A DNA stretch of 64,000 nt from Squalus acanthias (taxonomy: Eukaryota), in contig CM059427.1 in the NCBI GenBank assembly GCA_030390025.1, positions 186,744,001-186,808,000 of the forward strand, in the 5' to 3' direction. The translations under genes and the position numbers were made by a program. The stretch's first letter is position 1. Every line of letters starts with the position of its first letter. The notes under the pieces were generated by a model. The model made no database searches. It saw only the letters and a program-made list of their open reading frames with translations, and was not told the DNA's origin. Shown one piece after another: positions 49,278 to 62,490 of the stretch.

Positions 49278-51617
49278 CCTACCAAAATGTATAATTAGCA
49301 ATCTTGTTGTGCGAGGCCCCTTGGGGAGGAGCGATCATAATATGATAGAATTCTTCATTAAGATGGAGAGTGAAGTAGTTGACTCAGAGACTAGGGTCCT
49401 GAATTTAAATAAAGGAAACTACGATGGTATGAGGCACGAGTTGGCTAGGATGGATTGGGGAGTGTTACTTAAAGGGTTGACAGTGGATAGGCAATGGTAA
49501 ACATTTAAAGATCGCATGGATGAACTACAGAATTTTTTCATCCCTGTTTGGCATAAAAATAAAACAAAAAAGGTGACTCAACCGTGGCGAACAAGGGAAA
49601 TTAGGGATAGCATAAGAATAAAGGAGAGGGCATATAAATTGACCAGAAAAAGCAGCAAACCTGAGGATTGGGAGCAGTTTAGGATTCAGCAAAGGAGGAC
49701 AAAGGGATTAATTAAGATGGGGAAAATAGAATGTGAGAATAAGCTTGCATAAAAACTGACTGTAAAAGCTTCTATAGATATGTGAAGAGAAAAAGATTGG
49801 TGAAGTCAAGCGTAGGTCCCTTGCAGTCAGAATCAGGGAAATTTATAATGGGGAACAAAGAAATGGCAGCCCAAATAAATACATACTTTGGTTCTGTCTT
49901 CAAAAAGGAGGACACAAATTACCTCCCAGAGATGTCGGGGAACATAGGGTCTAATGAGAAGGAGGAATTGAATGAAATCAGTATTTGTAGGGAAATGGTG
50001 TTAGGGAAATTGACGGGATTGAAGGCCGATAAATCCCCAGGGCCTGATAATCTACATCCTAGGGTACTTAAGGAAGTGGCCCAAGAAATAGTAGATGCAT
50101 TGCTGGTCATCTTCCAAAATTCTATAGACTCTGGAACAGTTCCCATGGATTGTTGGGTAGCTAATGTAACCCCACTATTTAAAAAAGGTGGGAGAGAGAA
50201 AATGGGGAATTATATCGGTAAGCCTGACATCGGTAGTGGGGAAAATGCTCGAGTCCATTATAAAAGATGTAGTAGCAGAGCACTTGGAAAACAGTGACAG
50301 GATTGGACAAAGTCAACATGGATTTACAAAAGGTAAATCATGCTTGACTAATCTACTGAAATTTTTTGAGGATGTAACTGGTAGAATAGATAAGGGAGAA
50401 TCGGTGGATGTGGTGTATTTGGACTTTCAGAAGGCTTTCGATAAGGTCCTGCATAAGAGATTAGTGTGCAAAGTTAAAGCACATGGGATTGGGGGTGAGG
50501 TACTGACTTCGATAGAGAACTGGTTGGCAGACAGGAAGCAAAGAGTTGGAATAAACGGGTCTTTTTCCAGGTGGCAGGCAGTGACTAGTTGGATACCGCA
50601 GGGATCGGTACTAGGACCCCAGCTATTCACAATATATATTAATGATCTAGATGAGGGAACTAGATGTAATATCTCCAAGTTTGCAGACGACACAAAGCTG
50701 GGTGGGCGTGTGTGCTGTGAGGAGGATGCGGAGAAACACTAGTATGATTTGGACAGGTTGGGTGATTGGGCAGATGCATGGCAGATGCAGTATAATGTGG
50801 ATAAATGCAAGGTTATCCACTTTGGTGGCAAAAACAGGAAGGCAGATTATTATCTGAACGGCAATAGTTTGGGAAAAGGGAAAGTGCAACGAGACTTGGG
50901 TGTCCTTGTGCACCAGTCGCTCAAGGTAAGCATGCAGGTGCAGCAGGCAGTTAAGAAGGCAAATGGTATGTTGGCCTTCATAGCGAGAGGATTCGACTAC
51001 AGGAGCAAAGATGTCTTGCTGCAGTTGTACAAGGCCTTGGTGAGACCACACCTTGAGTATTGTGTGCAGTTTTGGTCGCCTTATCTGAGGAAGGATGTTC
51101 TTGACATGGAGGGAGTGCAGCGAAGATTTACCAGACTGAAACCTGGGATGGCAGGAATGACGTATGAAGAGAGATTGGGTCGATTAGGCTTATATTCGCT
51201 AGAGTTTAGAAGAATGAGAGGAGATCTCATTGAAACTTATAAAATTCTAACAGGGCTAGACAGACTAGATGCAGGAAGGATGTTCCCGATGACAGGGGAG
51301 TCCAGAACCAGGGGTCACAGTCTAAGGTTAAGTAGTAAGCCATTTAGGACTGAGATGAGGAGGAATTTCTTCACCCAGAGAGTGGTGAACCTGTGGAATT
51401 CTCTACCACAGAAGGCAGTTGAGGCCAATTCATGAAATATATTCAAGAAGGAGATAGATATATTTCTTGAGGCTAAAGAGATCAAGGGATATGGGGAGAA
51501 AGCAGGGACAGGGTACTGAATTTGAATGATCAGCCATGATCTCATTAAATGGTGGAGCAGGCTCGAGGGTCCGAATGGCCTACTCCTGCTCCTATCTTCT
51601 ATGTTTCTATGTTTCTA
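49278..51617 (+). mobile_element. 5'-truncated CR1 LINE (ORF2, several lesions)
   Basis: LGRSDHN...KSPGPDNLHP...[11 protein letters not shown]...KFADDTK...; (TTTCTATG)n tail; same subfamily as 4223-7730. Confidence 0.95.
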
Positions 51618-52573
51618 TAAAGCAACCTCCCTTAGAAGGATCTTCTAAGACTTGATAGCTGAGAAAAGCACCTGTGTCAATGAGAAATATGCTGTGGTTA
51701 ACCACCGCACTCTACTTCAGGATGTGGTGTGATATCGCAGCGTACAGCATCGCAGAGGCTCAATCTTCAAATACACTTCGCCGGGGGAGCTGCCTCTTAC
51801 TCACCGCAGATCGCTCACTTCATGGATCGCAATGTCAAAAATAGCAGTGTTTACCACTAGAAGAAATAATAGGGTGGGGGACAACCCCTTTAGAAAGCTT
51901 AGAGCAACAGTTCAGCAAAAACGGAAGTCTGAAACCACTTGAAAAAGGTGGAGGCATAAACAATCGTACAAGCCTAGTACAAAGATTAGCCCATAAACTA
52001 ATGGTGTGTCAAATATGTTGAAGCTAGCACTGAAAGATACAGACGTACAGCGCAAAGCACCTGTGAAACAATTCAGTCAGAGAGCCTCGTTCCACGGTGT
52101 AATGGGGGGTGACTTTCCTCAGAGTTGCTCCCGCTCCGCCGCCATTATTTCATCACATGCGTAAACGGGGTTTCCGCCGGACTTCCGCCGAAGTTATGGC
52201 GATGGAGCGGGAGTAACGCTGAGGAAATTCCCAGCCCATGGTGTCAGCGGTTCACGACATTACACAAGAATCATGTTATGGAGACTTACAAACCATTTCA
52301 GCAGATTAAACAACGTAATCAATCTTCAGCATTCTTCACACAGCCCAATCAAAGAGTAAAACACTCTGGGGGTGATTTTGTCTTTGGCCAACAATGTAAA
52401 TCGGGCGATATCGGATCAGACGACCATTGTACATCTCGCCATTGTGGAAATGGAAATTGGGAAAGATATATAATGGGCGGCTGATCTGATATCGCCTGAT
52501 TTACACTTTTGCCCAAAGGCAGCTCATCCCTTATGTATTTATAGAATGAATTTTCCCTCATCTCACCTCCGTT

Positions 52574-53640
52574 TGAAGGGATTATTACTAGTCCTAGCCC
52601 CTTTAGGGTGACCCCAGATCAGGCCTATTCCCCAGGCGTTCAATTTCAGCTAAAGTTTGAGGTAGCCGAATCCTAAAGACACTTAATTGGGTCTAAAGAT
52701 CTGGACCATCTCTCCCTAAAGGAAAGGAACAACCTGAAAATGTTATCGTCCTCCAGATAGGACTTTTAATAAGTTTAGCTAGACTGTAACGTTCCGGATA
52801 TTATGAGGGTACGGAAAACTCCCCCAGAATTCTGCAACTTCTCACCAAAGAGCATACAGAGATTGAGTTTGTGAGTTTGATACAGAAGTATTATGTGAGA
52901 CAATTCTAAAAATATATAGATTTATTAAAGAACCGACATGTATTTTACAAAAGTGAGAAGTCGCAAAACACCAGGTTATAGTTCAACAGTTTTATTTGAA
53001 ATCACAAGCTTTCGGACCTGCTGCCCCTTCATCAGGTGAAGGAGCAGCAGCTCCAAAAGCTTGTGATTTCAAATAAAACTGTTGGACTATAACCTGGTGT
53101 TGTGCGACTTTTCCCTTTTGTCCACTCCAGTCCAACACCGGCATCTCCGCATCATGTATTTTTACAGTTGGTGATTCAATCGCAACATTAACAGTTCCAA
53201 AAAGAGAAAGCTTTTACAATCTTATTATCAGAGATCCTTATTCTCAAATCTTAACTTCGCTACAGTTTTACAGTTCTTAGTCTTATTCAGGATATCCACT
53301 AAAATCAAATACAGTACCTTGATCCCGAGATACAAAGAGTTGTAGACTTACAGAGTCACCTCTGAAGCCTGAGAATCGCTTTGCCCCTTTACAGTGAATC
53401 TATTATCCCATTTGAAATTTCAATATTTATACCCTTTTTCAGTGGTATTTACTTTAAGTTTTTCTGCTGATGTAAGATAATTATCTCTAGTCATTTTTCT
53501 GCTGTCTTCTGCAATTCTTAGTCACCTCACCTGGTAGCATTACAGACTCATGTCTCTCCTCTAGGTGTTCAAAGCTTACCATAAGAAATGGTGTAACAGC
53601 AGGTGTTTCTTTTACTTGATGTCATTTTTACGAAGGCCTT
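52574..53640. repeat. Unclassified LTR-like repeat, copy 2, with a Penelope palindromic insert (~52950-53155)
   Basis: Colinear with 43746-44527; the insert is absent from copy 1. Confidence 0.65.
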
Positions 53641-54937
53641 CTGTTTGTGCCTCTCTACAAAGTGTAATTTAGAACACCTTGTACAGGGTGTACCATTGTC
53701 TGATCCCAAAGATTCAGACCGTCTGGAGCCTTTAACCTTCTGTTTCAATAAGGTTATTGATTCAGTGTCAACAACTATCTTATCTCTATTGCCAGAAAGC
53801 TGTAACAGCTTTAGATTGTTGAGGCTTCCAGATTTCCAAACTCAGTTTGTCATGTTTTAATCAGGCCAGATTTCTTTCATAGAATGGTGTATTTTTCTGA
53901 ATAGGTTATATGGCTTATTCCTTCGCATGTTATGTTTGACATTTTTCTATGATCTCCACACTAGGTACATAGACTACAGTAGAGGACAGAGCCTAAGTAC
54001 AAAAACAATACCTTACTCACACTGAGCTAAAACTTGAATATATTCATTAAGGATGAATTTGTACAAAGAGTCATGAAATTGGTTGGCCGTTCTGGTGAAC
54101 TCCCGCTATAATTCTGAGCAATTTCCTCAGGCTCTGGTCTTGCGAGGGAGATGCCTGTACGCATGTTTAGAGGGTAGAACCTCTGCCTACTCCAAACAAG
54201 GCTACTGACACAGAGGGGTGGGGTCAGGATGTGAGGACTCCATGTCGGGGGTTTCCAGTCCTTGACCCTCAATTTGGACTCAATGTACTGTTGGCGCAGG
54301 TACTCAGCAAGCATACCTCGCTAAAACTGATGGAGTGGGGCCAGAACCAGGGCCTGAACCCCCGAAGATTGGGAGATGGAGTTGGGGAGTGCAGAAATTA
54401 AAAAAAAACCTGATTATCTGGTCTTTATAGCATTGCTGTTTGTGGGAGCTTGCTGTGCACAAATTGGCAGCCACGCTTTCTACATTAGAACAGTAAATTC
54501 ACTTCAAAAGTACTTCATTGGCTGTAAAGCGCTTTGGGATATCCTAAGGTTGTGAAAGGCACAAATCTTTCTTTATACAAGCAAATTCTTTTGAGACAGG
54601 AGATAAGCTTTTTAATGTGTGCTGTTATTCTTGTTGCTATGGCCTGGTGGCAGTAGAGAGCTGCAGTAGTGTTAGGCCTTGAAATGAATTTGTCGCTCTG
54701 TAAACCACTTCCTCTGTGGCAGGTTCGGTTCACCTGATTTACTCAAAGTCAAATCTCAGTCGATTCAAAAGCAAAGTTTCTGTTTCGGAGAGCCCTGTCG
54801 GGTTTGTGTTAGAGAAAGGAGTCTTTCAAAGCTGTGTGCTTTTGTGTGAAGTGAGTTGTAGAATGGGAACTATTGGGGTGAGGGGAACAGAAATGTGCTA
54901 ACTACTGGAAAGTTTGAACTTACATGAATGGTCTGAG

Positions 54938-55092
54938 CAATGTTCCCTCTAAATTTCTTTTGGGGTGCACGGCCCCTTTAAGGGGCAGTGTGGCCCCTTT
55001 AAGGGGCAGTGTGGCCCATTCGAATTCCCACGCAGGAGCGGTTTTTCCATTGAGAAGCTGGCAATCGGCCACGCAGCTTAACGGGAACATTG
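54938..55092. mobile_element. hAT MITE (155 bp)
   Basis: TIR CAATGTTCCC/GGGAACATTG; 8-bp TSD GGTCTGAG/GGTGTGAG. Confidence 0.88.
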
Positions 55093-55407
55093 GGTGTGAG
55101 GTCATCTGTATTGTTCAGAATGTTTCCATAGAATTACATAGAATTTGCAGCACAGAAACAGGCCACTCTCCAATGCCAGTGTTTCTGTTCCACACGAGCC
55201 TCCTCCCACTCTATTTTCTTCATCTGGGCCTATCCACATATCCTTCTATTCCTTTCTCCCTCATGTACTAATCCAGCTTCCCGTTAAATGTATGTCTGCT
55301 ATCCGCCTCAACCACTCCATGGGGTGAGTGTTCCACATTCTCACCACTCTCTGAGTAAAGAAGTTTCTCCTGAATTCATTGTTAGATTTAATTGTGACTA
55401 TCTTATA

Positions 55408-55822
55408 AGAACATAAAAACATAAGAAATAGGAGCTGGAATAGGCTATTTGGCCCTTCGAGCCTGCTCCGCCATTTAATAAGATCACAGCTGATCTTTTA
55501 CCTCAATTCCACCTTCACGCCCTCGCCCCATATCCATTGATTCCCTTTGTTTCCAAAAATCTATCGATCTCTGTCTTGAATATATTCAACCACTGAGCCT
55601 CCACAGCCCTCTGGGGTAGAGAATTCTAAAGATTCACCACCCTCTGAGTGAAGAAATTTCTCCTCATCTCAGTCCTAAATGGCCGACCCCTTATTCTGAG
55701 ACTGTGACCCCTGGTTCTAGACACTCCAGCCAGGGGAAACATCCTCCAATCAAACCCTTCAAAAATGTTATACATTTCAATAAGATCACCTCTCATTCTT
55801 CTAAACTCCAGGGAATATAGAA
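55408..55822 (-). mobile_element. CR1 3' fragment (continues at 58633-58670)
   Basis: YSLEFRRMRGDLIE...; the sequence resumes after the hAT element. Confidence 0.88.
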
Positions 55823-56401
55823 TAGGTGACCACATTTTCCAAACCGAATCCGGGGACAACCCAGTAAAGTAGGCCGGATGGAAATTGTAAGTTGCGCAGC
55901 TCTGTGAGGCAAAACATTTTGTTATTTTGATGCAAGCTGAATCTGCAAAAAGCAGCTCCAGAACTTTCCACCTGAATAGCGCAGCTGCTGTTCACAACAT
56001 CTGCCGGCCGCAATCACCGGCTCCTCCCCCTCCTCAGAGCCCGACACTCACCCACACCACATGAGGTCGCAGAGCGCGCTCCGATCCAGCTCTCGGGACA
56101 TCCACAAGGCCCAGCTCCGGCCACCGCTCAGGAGTCCTGTTACCAGCTCCCCCGTTACTCGGACATTTTGGCTTTGGGCCCCGATTTCACTTCAACCGAA
56201 TTTCACAGGACTATCCGGGGATTGGGTAGGGGGAGGGGGTGGGGTGGGTGGGGTGGTGGAGCATGCGTACTGCAGCCACAGAGCGCGATCTCTGCAAAAA
56301 TTAAAGTCCCCCAGTGAGTCCACCCCTTTCTACTGGTTGAAAACTGGAGTTTGACATCCCTCCCACCAATCGGAATCCACCCCGCCGCACAGCCCCACCC
56401 A

Positions 56402-58491
56402 TGTAAGGGATACCGTGCTCGGCTCGGTGCCAAAGGCTGCTCTGTGCGGAGCCTGGGTGCTAGTTAGGGGTTAGGCCTTGTTGCCTGTTCTGGTCTCCAG
56501 CCAGCCTGATAACACTAGACACCTGTGAGTGGTTCGACCCACTCGCCCTTACGGTTCTGACACTGGACTTAGGTGCGAGAGCAATAACGTAGAGAAAACT
56601 CAGGTAGACCCGGTTGAATAGTACGAAATGGAAAATCTTTATTGCATATTGTTCAAGATTACGAGATACATGTCATAAGCACAGATTAATGACAGTACAA
56701 TCTTACACACAGTTATGACACTAATTTCAGGGAAACGAGGAACGCACGACACATCGTAAAAGGGGACACATATTATAATTATCCTTAAAACCAAAACCCT
56801 CCCCTATCAATGCCTGTCCTAATATAGACCTGTAGAATCGAGACTCATGCTCACCAATCGGGATAATTCGGAGAATTGTAAAACGCTGCTCGGATGTTTT
56901 CGCCACAGCACCTGATTATTCACGTGTTGATCAGGGGTCTCTGTACCCCACTTGTTTACTCGCTTTCGGCTCCGGCTAGCAGGCTGGACCGTCTGCTGCC
57001 ATGAAGATCTGTGTTGGTCTTCGGAGTTCGGACACCACTCGAAGAAGAGTCTTCCTGTGCCCTACACCGGTTGCCTGTAGAACTCGAAGGAAAGTCTTCC
57101 AGGGCCAGTTGTGGAGTAGCCGATAGAATTCAAAGAAGTGGTTAATCGATTTTCGGGCGCGGTCGGGGCTTACTGACCATGGCGATACGTATTGTCGTCT
57201 TCTTCTCTTCTCATCTCATCTCATCTCGTCTCCTCTCGGGCCTTCGGTTCCAACACCGTTTACCGACTTCTCGGGATGGTGCGCCCGCTTCCAGGCCTTC
57301 GCAGCCCAGTTCTCCATAGATCTTCACGGCAAGCCACGAGGTTGACTCCCGGAAAATCAGCGGATCAGAGAATGAGAGTCCAGAGCTCCAGTCGGTGGTA
57401 AAGAATAAGAGCGATAAGAGCAGCAAGAGGATAAGAGCATAAGAAAGATGGACGTTTGGACACTACAGTTTATAGTACTGTAATTCCTAATCTCCCGCCC
57501 AATCTAAATGTTCATCTTTGTCATGTATTGGCGCTCAAACTTCTTGTATGGGGTGGCACTTGTCGTTAATGGGTTTCGGTGATACTTGTAACTGTCTGAG
57601 TACCCGTTAATATTTCTCCCATTGTGGAACCGGCTAGGAGTCTCCCTGGAGGGGTTTTGGGGGCTTCCAAATGCTTGCTGTGAATACCCGCGAGCGGCTC
57701 TCTCATCGTTGAGCCGTGGGGAATTTGCAAATCAATGACTTTGGATAGAAACATAGAATCTAGGAGCAGGAGTAGGCCATTCGGCCCATCAAGCCTGCTC
57801 CACCATTCAATACGATCATGGCTGATCATCCAAGTCCAGTACCCTGTCCCTGCTTTAATCCCCACAGTACACATATCCCCCCGTAACCCCACGTATTTAA
57901 TTCCCCCTAACATATCCCATCCTATCCCCATAACCCCACATATTAAATCCCCCCCTAACACTAAGGGTCAATTTATCATAGCCAAATCAACCTAACCCGC
58001 ACATTTTTGGACTGTGGGAGGAAACCGGAGCACCCGGAGGAAACCCACGCAGACACGGGGAGAATGTGCAAACTCCACACAGACAGTCACCCGAGGTCAG
58101 ATTCGAACCCGGGTCCCTGGCGCTGTGAGGCACCAGTGCTAACCACTATGCCACCGTGTGGATGGGTCCTTGATTGCCCAGTACAATAGCTCTTGTTTGT
58201 ACCTGGAAAACCGATTCCAGTACTTATGTTTAAAATGCAAACCCATCGCGTCTTGTCATTATCTCAATGTGCTGAGTCCTGTCCGATCTTGCTGAAATGT
58301 TTATTGAAACGCCATCTTGTCTGCATACTGAAAGTCTAGAACCTTCTGCCACGAGGCGTGGCGGCCATTTTACAGGCTCTTTGTGTCCTTTTTGAACCAT
58401 GACAGCATTTTGCTGAAATAAAGCTGTTTATACGAAACTTTATGTCTCCTTCTCATTTTTATAAAATCGCGATAATTTTGCGAATTCTACA
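56402..58491 (-). mobile_element. Solo LTR, family 1
   Basis: TGTAAGG...TTCTACA with perfect 4-bp TSD CCCA; reverse homolog of 39863-41246. Confidence 0.9.
57744..58160 (-). mobile_element. V-SINE (HE1-like)
   Basis: Near-identical reverse complement of 33988-34375. Confidence 0.9.
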
Positions 58492-58699
58492 CCCACTATA
58501 TTAATCGACCACAGGGCAGCTCGGGGACGAGTTTCCTGAACCGGGGATTCTTCCGGGGACATTGTTTGCCCCGGGATACTGTCCCCCATTTGGGGAATGT
58601 CCCTGGAAAAACAGGGACGTATGGTCACACTAATATAGTCCGAGTCTCCTCTATCTCTCCTCATGGGACAATTTTAATTCTAATCTTGAAGTCCCAAGC

Positions 58700-59225
58700 C
58701 AGCTTTAATATTTAATATTCCAGATTAGTTAAATTTGCAGAAGATACCAAACTAAAATCAGCAGTGGACTCGGAGGAGGCAGATCAGAAACTACAGAGTG
58801 AGTTGGACGAAATATATAAGTGGGCAGAACAGTGACAGATGAAACTTAATGCTGACAAGTGTAAAGTATTGCTGATAGTTAGAGAAATGGGTGGCACACG
58901 TATGCCATGAAATAGCTAAGGAAGAGGTTAAGAGTGTCTTAGTGGACTCGACCCTAAACATATTAAACCAACGCAAAGCAGCAATCAGCAAGGCCAACAG
59001 TTGGTTGAACTACATAGCCAAAACGGTAAGGTATAAGTTAGAGGAAGTGAGAGTCAAACTGATCAGTGCTCCAGTTACCAAGAAACAAAGCAGATGTTCA
59101 GACACTGAGATCATTGCAGCAAAGAGTCACAAGACTGGTTTCTTGTGTCAGAGGCTTGAGTTATTAGGAAAGGGTGGAGAAAATTGGGCTTTACCGCTCT
59201 GATAGGAAAGACCTGGTAGGTGATC
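58700..59225 (+). mobile_element. Old degenerate CR1 fragment
   Basis: aaatttgcagaagataccaaacta (KFADDTK-like) and AISKANSWL.YI. Confidence 0.6.
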
Positions 59226-59427
59226 TTAAAAAATAAAAGCTAGTTATAAAGACAGCAATCAGAGGCACGAACTGTGTCTGATTTTCCCCTTCCCGAATCT
59301 GTGGGCACAGAAACTGATCCCCAACACAGCATGGATCAGGGAAAAGAGGAAGTGAGACAGAGACTGCAAGCTTCCAGACACACTCCATAAACTGAGGGTT
59401 CAAATAACACAATAGGCAGTGTGATTT

Positions 59428-60080
59428 CATAAGAACATAAGAAATAGGAGCAGGAGTAGGACACTCGGCCCTTCGAGCCTGCTACACCATTCAATAAGAT
59501 CATGGCTGATCTTGTACCTCATCTCCACTTTCCCGCCATATCCCCATATCCCTTGATTCCCTTAATATCCAAAAATCTATCGCTCTCTGTCTTGAATTTA
59601 CTCAATAACTGTGCATCTACAGCCCTCTGAGGTAGAGAATTCCAAAGATTCACAACCCTTTAAGTGAAGAAATTTCTCCTCATCTCAGTCCTAAATGGCC
59701 GACCCCTTATTCTGAGACTGTGACCCTAGTTCTAGACTCCCCAGCCAGGGGCAACATCCTCCCAGCATCTACCCTGTCAAGCCCCTTAAGAATTTCATAT
59801 TTTCAATCAGATCACCTCTCATTCTTCTAAACTCGAGGGAATATAGGCTCATTCTACTCAATCTCTCGTCATGAAGCAATACCCTCATCCCAGGAATCAG
59901 TCTAGTGAACCTTTTTTGCACCCCCTCTAAGGCAAGACTATCCTTCCTCAGGTAAGGAGACCAAAACTGTCCACAGTACTCCAGGTGTGGTCTCACCAAG
60001 TCCCTAGTTTTAGACTCGCCCACAAGTGGAACCATCTTCTCTACCCTATCGAACCCCTTCATAATTTTAAAGACCTATTT
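59428..60080 (-). mobile_element. CR1 3' fragments
   Basis: LVRPHLEYCGQFWSPYLRKD...; (CATAAGAA)n tail. Confidence 0.88.
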
Positions 60081-60084
60081 TCTA

Positions 60085-62490
60085 GAGAAAAGTGGGATAA
60101 AGAGAGAGAGGAGCGGACCTGGGATAAAGCACAAGAGGAGCGGTCTCTCTGTGACACAGGCAAGAATCTGAAAAAAAAATTCTAAATCTGAAAATGTGAC
60201 GCCAGAGGAGTGGTGGAGCCTGAGGAACGACAGCTTAGAGATCAATTTATTTTATAACTAAGTCAAGTGCGTAATTTATTATATAATTAAATTTAGTGTT
60301 TAATTAATTAATCTAGGGAGAAATCATTAAAATTAAATAAATAGAGGAGACTAACATTAATTTTTACGATATTAAAATCTAACACATATAAATAATAAAT
60401 AAGGGTACATTAAATAATCTAATAATGAATAATAAACAAATAAACAAGTAGCAGAGCAGAGTAAAAGAGAAGGAACCTGAGCAGTTTAAAAAGGAGTCCC
60501 TCATTTTAATTTAATTTTCAGTAAATAACTGAATAAATGAAACGAGGTGAGATAGGGATGGCAGTGCAGGTGGTGAGCCTCAACCGCAGCTTGTGGAGAG
60601 CATCGCCATCCCAGACAACCACATCTGCAGTAAGTGTCTGCAACTCGAGGAACTTCAGCTCAGAGTTGTTGAGCTGGAGTTCAAGGTGCGGGGCATCAGG
60701 GAATGGGAAAGTTACCTGGACACTTTGATCCAGAAGGCAGTCACACCCCCTAGGTTAGGTAGTTGTACAGGATTGGTTAATGGTCAGGGGCAGGAGGGTG
60801 TGATTGCGGCTCAGGCAGGTAAAGGGATCCCAGGTGCAGTGCTGGAGGAGTCTCGGCCTTTGCCTTTATCCAACAGGTATGAGGTTCTTGCTGTCTCTGT
60901 GGATGAGGGCAAAGCCTGCAAGGCGGATGAGCAAACTGACCATGGCACCGTGGTACCGGAGGCCATTCAAGTGGGGGGAGTGAAAAGTAATGTGGTAGTG
61001 ATAGGCAATGTTCCCTTTAATATTTTTTTTGGCCCGCGGCCCATTCAAAATGCAGCGCTTGCGTTGTTTTTCCCATTGAACAGTCGGTGAGCCGGCTGCG
61101 CAGGAGGACCAGAGCGCTATGCGACCGTGCAGCTTACAGGGAACATTGGTGATAGGGGACCATATAATCAGGGGGATAGATACTGTTCTCTGCAGCCGTG
61201 ACTGGGAGTTCTGAAGGTTGCCTGCCTTAAGGGTTAAGGACGTCTCCTCGCAGCTGGAGAAGAACTTGGAGTGTGAGTGTGAGAATCCGGTTGTTGTGGT
61301 CCACATAGGAACCAACGACATCGGTAGAACTAGGAATGAGTTTCTGCTGAGAGTGTTTAAGGAGGTAGGGTCAAAATTAAAATGCAGGACCTCAAAGGTA
61401 ATAATCTCTAGATTGTTAACTGAGCCACGTACAAATTGGCAGAGGGACAAACAGATTAAAACATTAAATGCGTGGCTGATAGTGTGGTGTGGGAGGCAGG
61501 GGTTTCGCTACATGGGGCACTGACGCCAGTACTGGGGAAAGAGGGAGCTGTTCCGTTGGGATGGACTCCACTTAAATTGGGATGGGACCAGTGTCCCGAT
61601 GAATCAAATAACTAGAGCGTTCGATAGGACTTTAAACTAATGAAGTGGGGGAGGGAGGGTTCAGGAAAGGGTCAATTCAAAAGCAGTAAGAGAAATGTCA
61701 AGGCTGTCGAGCAGAGTAGGGATTTGGTTAAAATAAGCATTGTGGGTCAGGAAAGGGCAGAGAGGTTATAGGGCATTAGAGACTAAGGTGACTTCAGGGA
61801 AAAATAGAAAAAAGTTAAAGCTAAAGGCACTATATCTGAATGTGTGAAGCATTCACAATAAAATAGATGAATTAATAGCACAAATAAAAATAAATGGGTT
61901 TGATCTAATAGCCATTATGGAGATATGGTTGCAGAGTGACCAAAGTTGGGAACTAAATATTCCAGGATACTTGACTTTTAGAAGAGATAGGCAAAATGCA
62001 AAAAGGGGCGAGGTGGGGTTGGTGTAGTCCTGATAATAAAGGATGGGGCAAAGACAGTAGAGAGAAAGGATCTTAGCTCAGAAAATCAAGATGTAGAATC
62101 ACTTTGGGTAGAAACAACAAGGGGCAGAAAACACTGGTGGGAGTAGTTTATAGGCCTCCTAACAGTAATTGTCGTGTTGGGCAGAGTATAAGTCAGGAAA
62201 TTAGAGTTGCATATAACAAGGATAATACAGTAATCGTGGGGAACTTTAATCTTCATATCGACAGGACGAAGCAAATTTGTGGTAATAGTGTGGAGGATGA
62301 GTTTGTGGAATGTATTCAAGATAGTTTTCTAGATCAGTATGTCGAGGAACTAGATCTAGTATTGTGCTATGAGGAAGGATTAATTAATAACCTTGTAGCA
62401 AAGATGTCTCTGGGGAAGAGCGAACATAATGTAATTTTATATTGGGTTTTAGAGTGATTAAGTTAAGTCCGAAACTCGGTTCTTAAATCA
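60085..62490 (+). mobile_element. CR1 5' part: 5' UTR, ORF1 (Zn-finger/leucine zipper + SGNH esterase) and ORF2 APE start, decayed
   Basis: HICSKCLQLEELQLRVVELE, LSNRYEVL, VVVHIGTNDIG; then GVVYRPPNS, VGNFNLH. Confidence 0.9.
61006..61148. mobile_element. hAT MITE (143 bp) in CR1 ORF1
   Basis: TIR CAATGTTCCC/GGGAACATTG; perfect 8-bp TSD GTGATAGG. Confidence 0.92.

Larger units (their letters stand above)
55823..58632. mobile_element. hAT (Blackjack-like termini) non-autonomous element hosting a solo LTR
   Basis: TAGGTGACCA...TGGTCACACTA termini, subterminal CCGGGGAC repeats, flanks ATATAGAA/ATATAGTC. Confidence 0.75.

Noticed and set aside
48506-51617. Single CR1 with 5' inversion
   Set aside because: The two arms are different CR1 subfamilies, each with its own 3' tail.
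54027-54314. 95-aa minus-strand ORF near a gtgagt donor-like site
   Set aside because: No recognisable motif and no partner exons.
54600-54660. LMCAVILVAMAWWQ as a TM exon
   Set aside because: Too short, ends in a stop codon, no convincing acceptor or donor.
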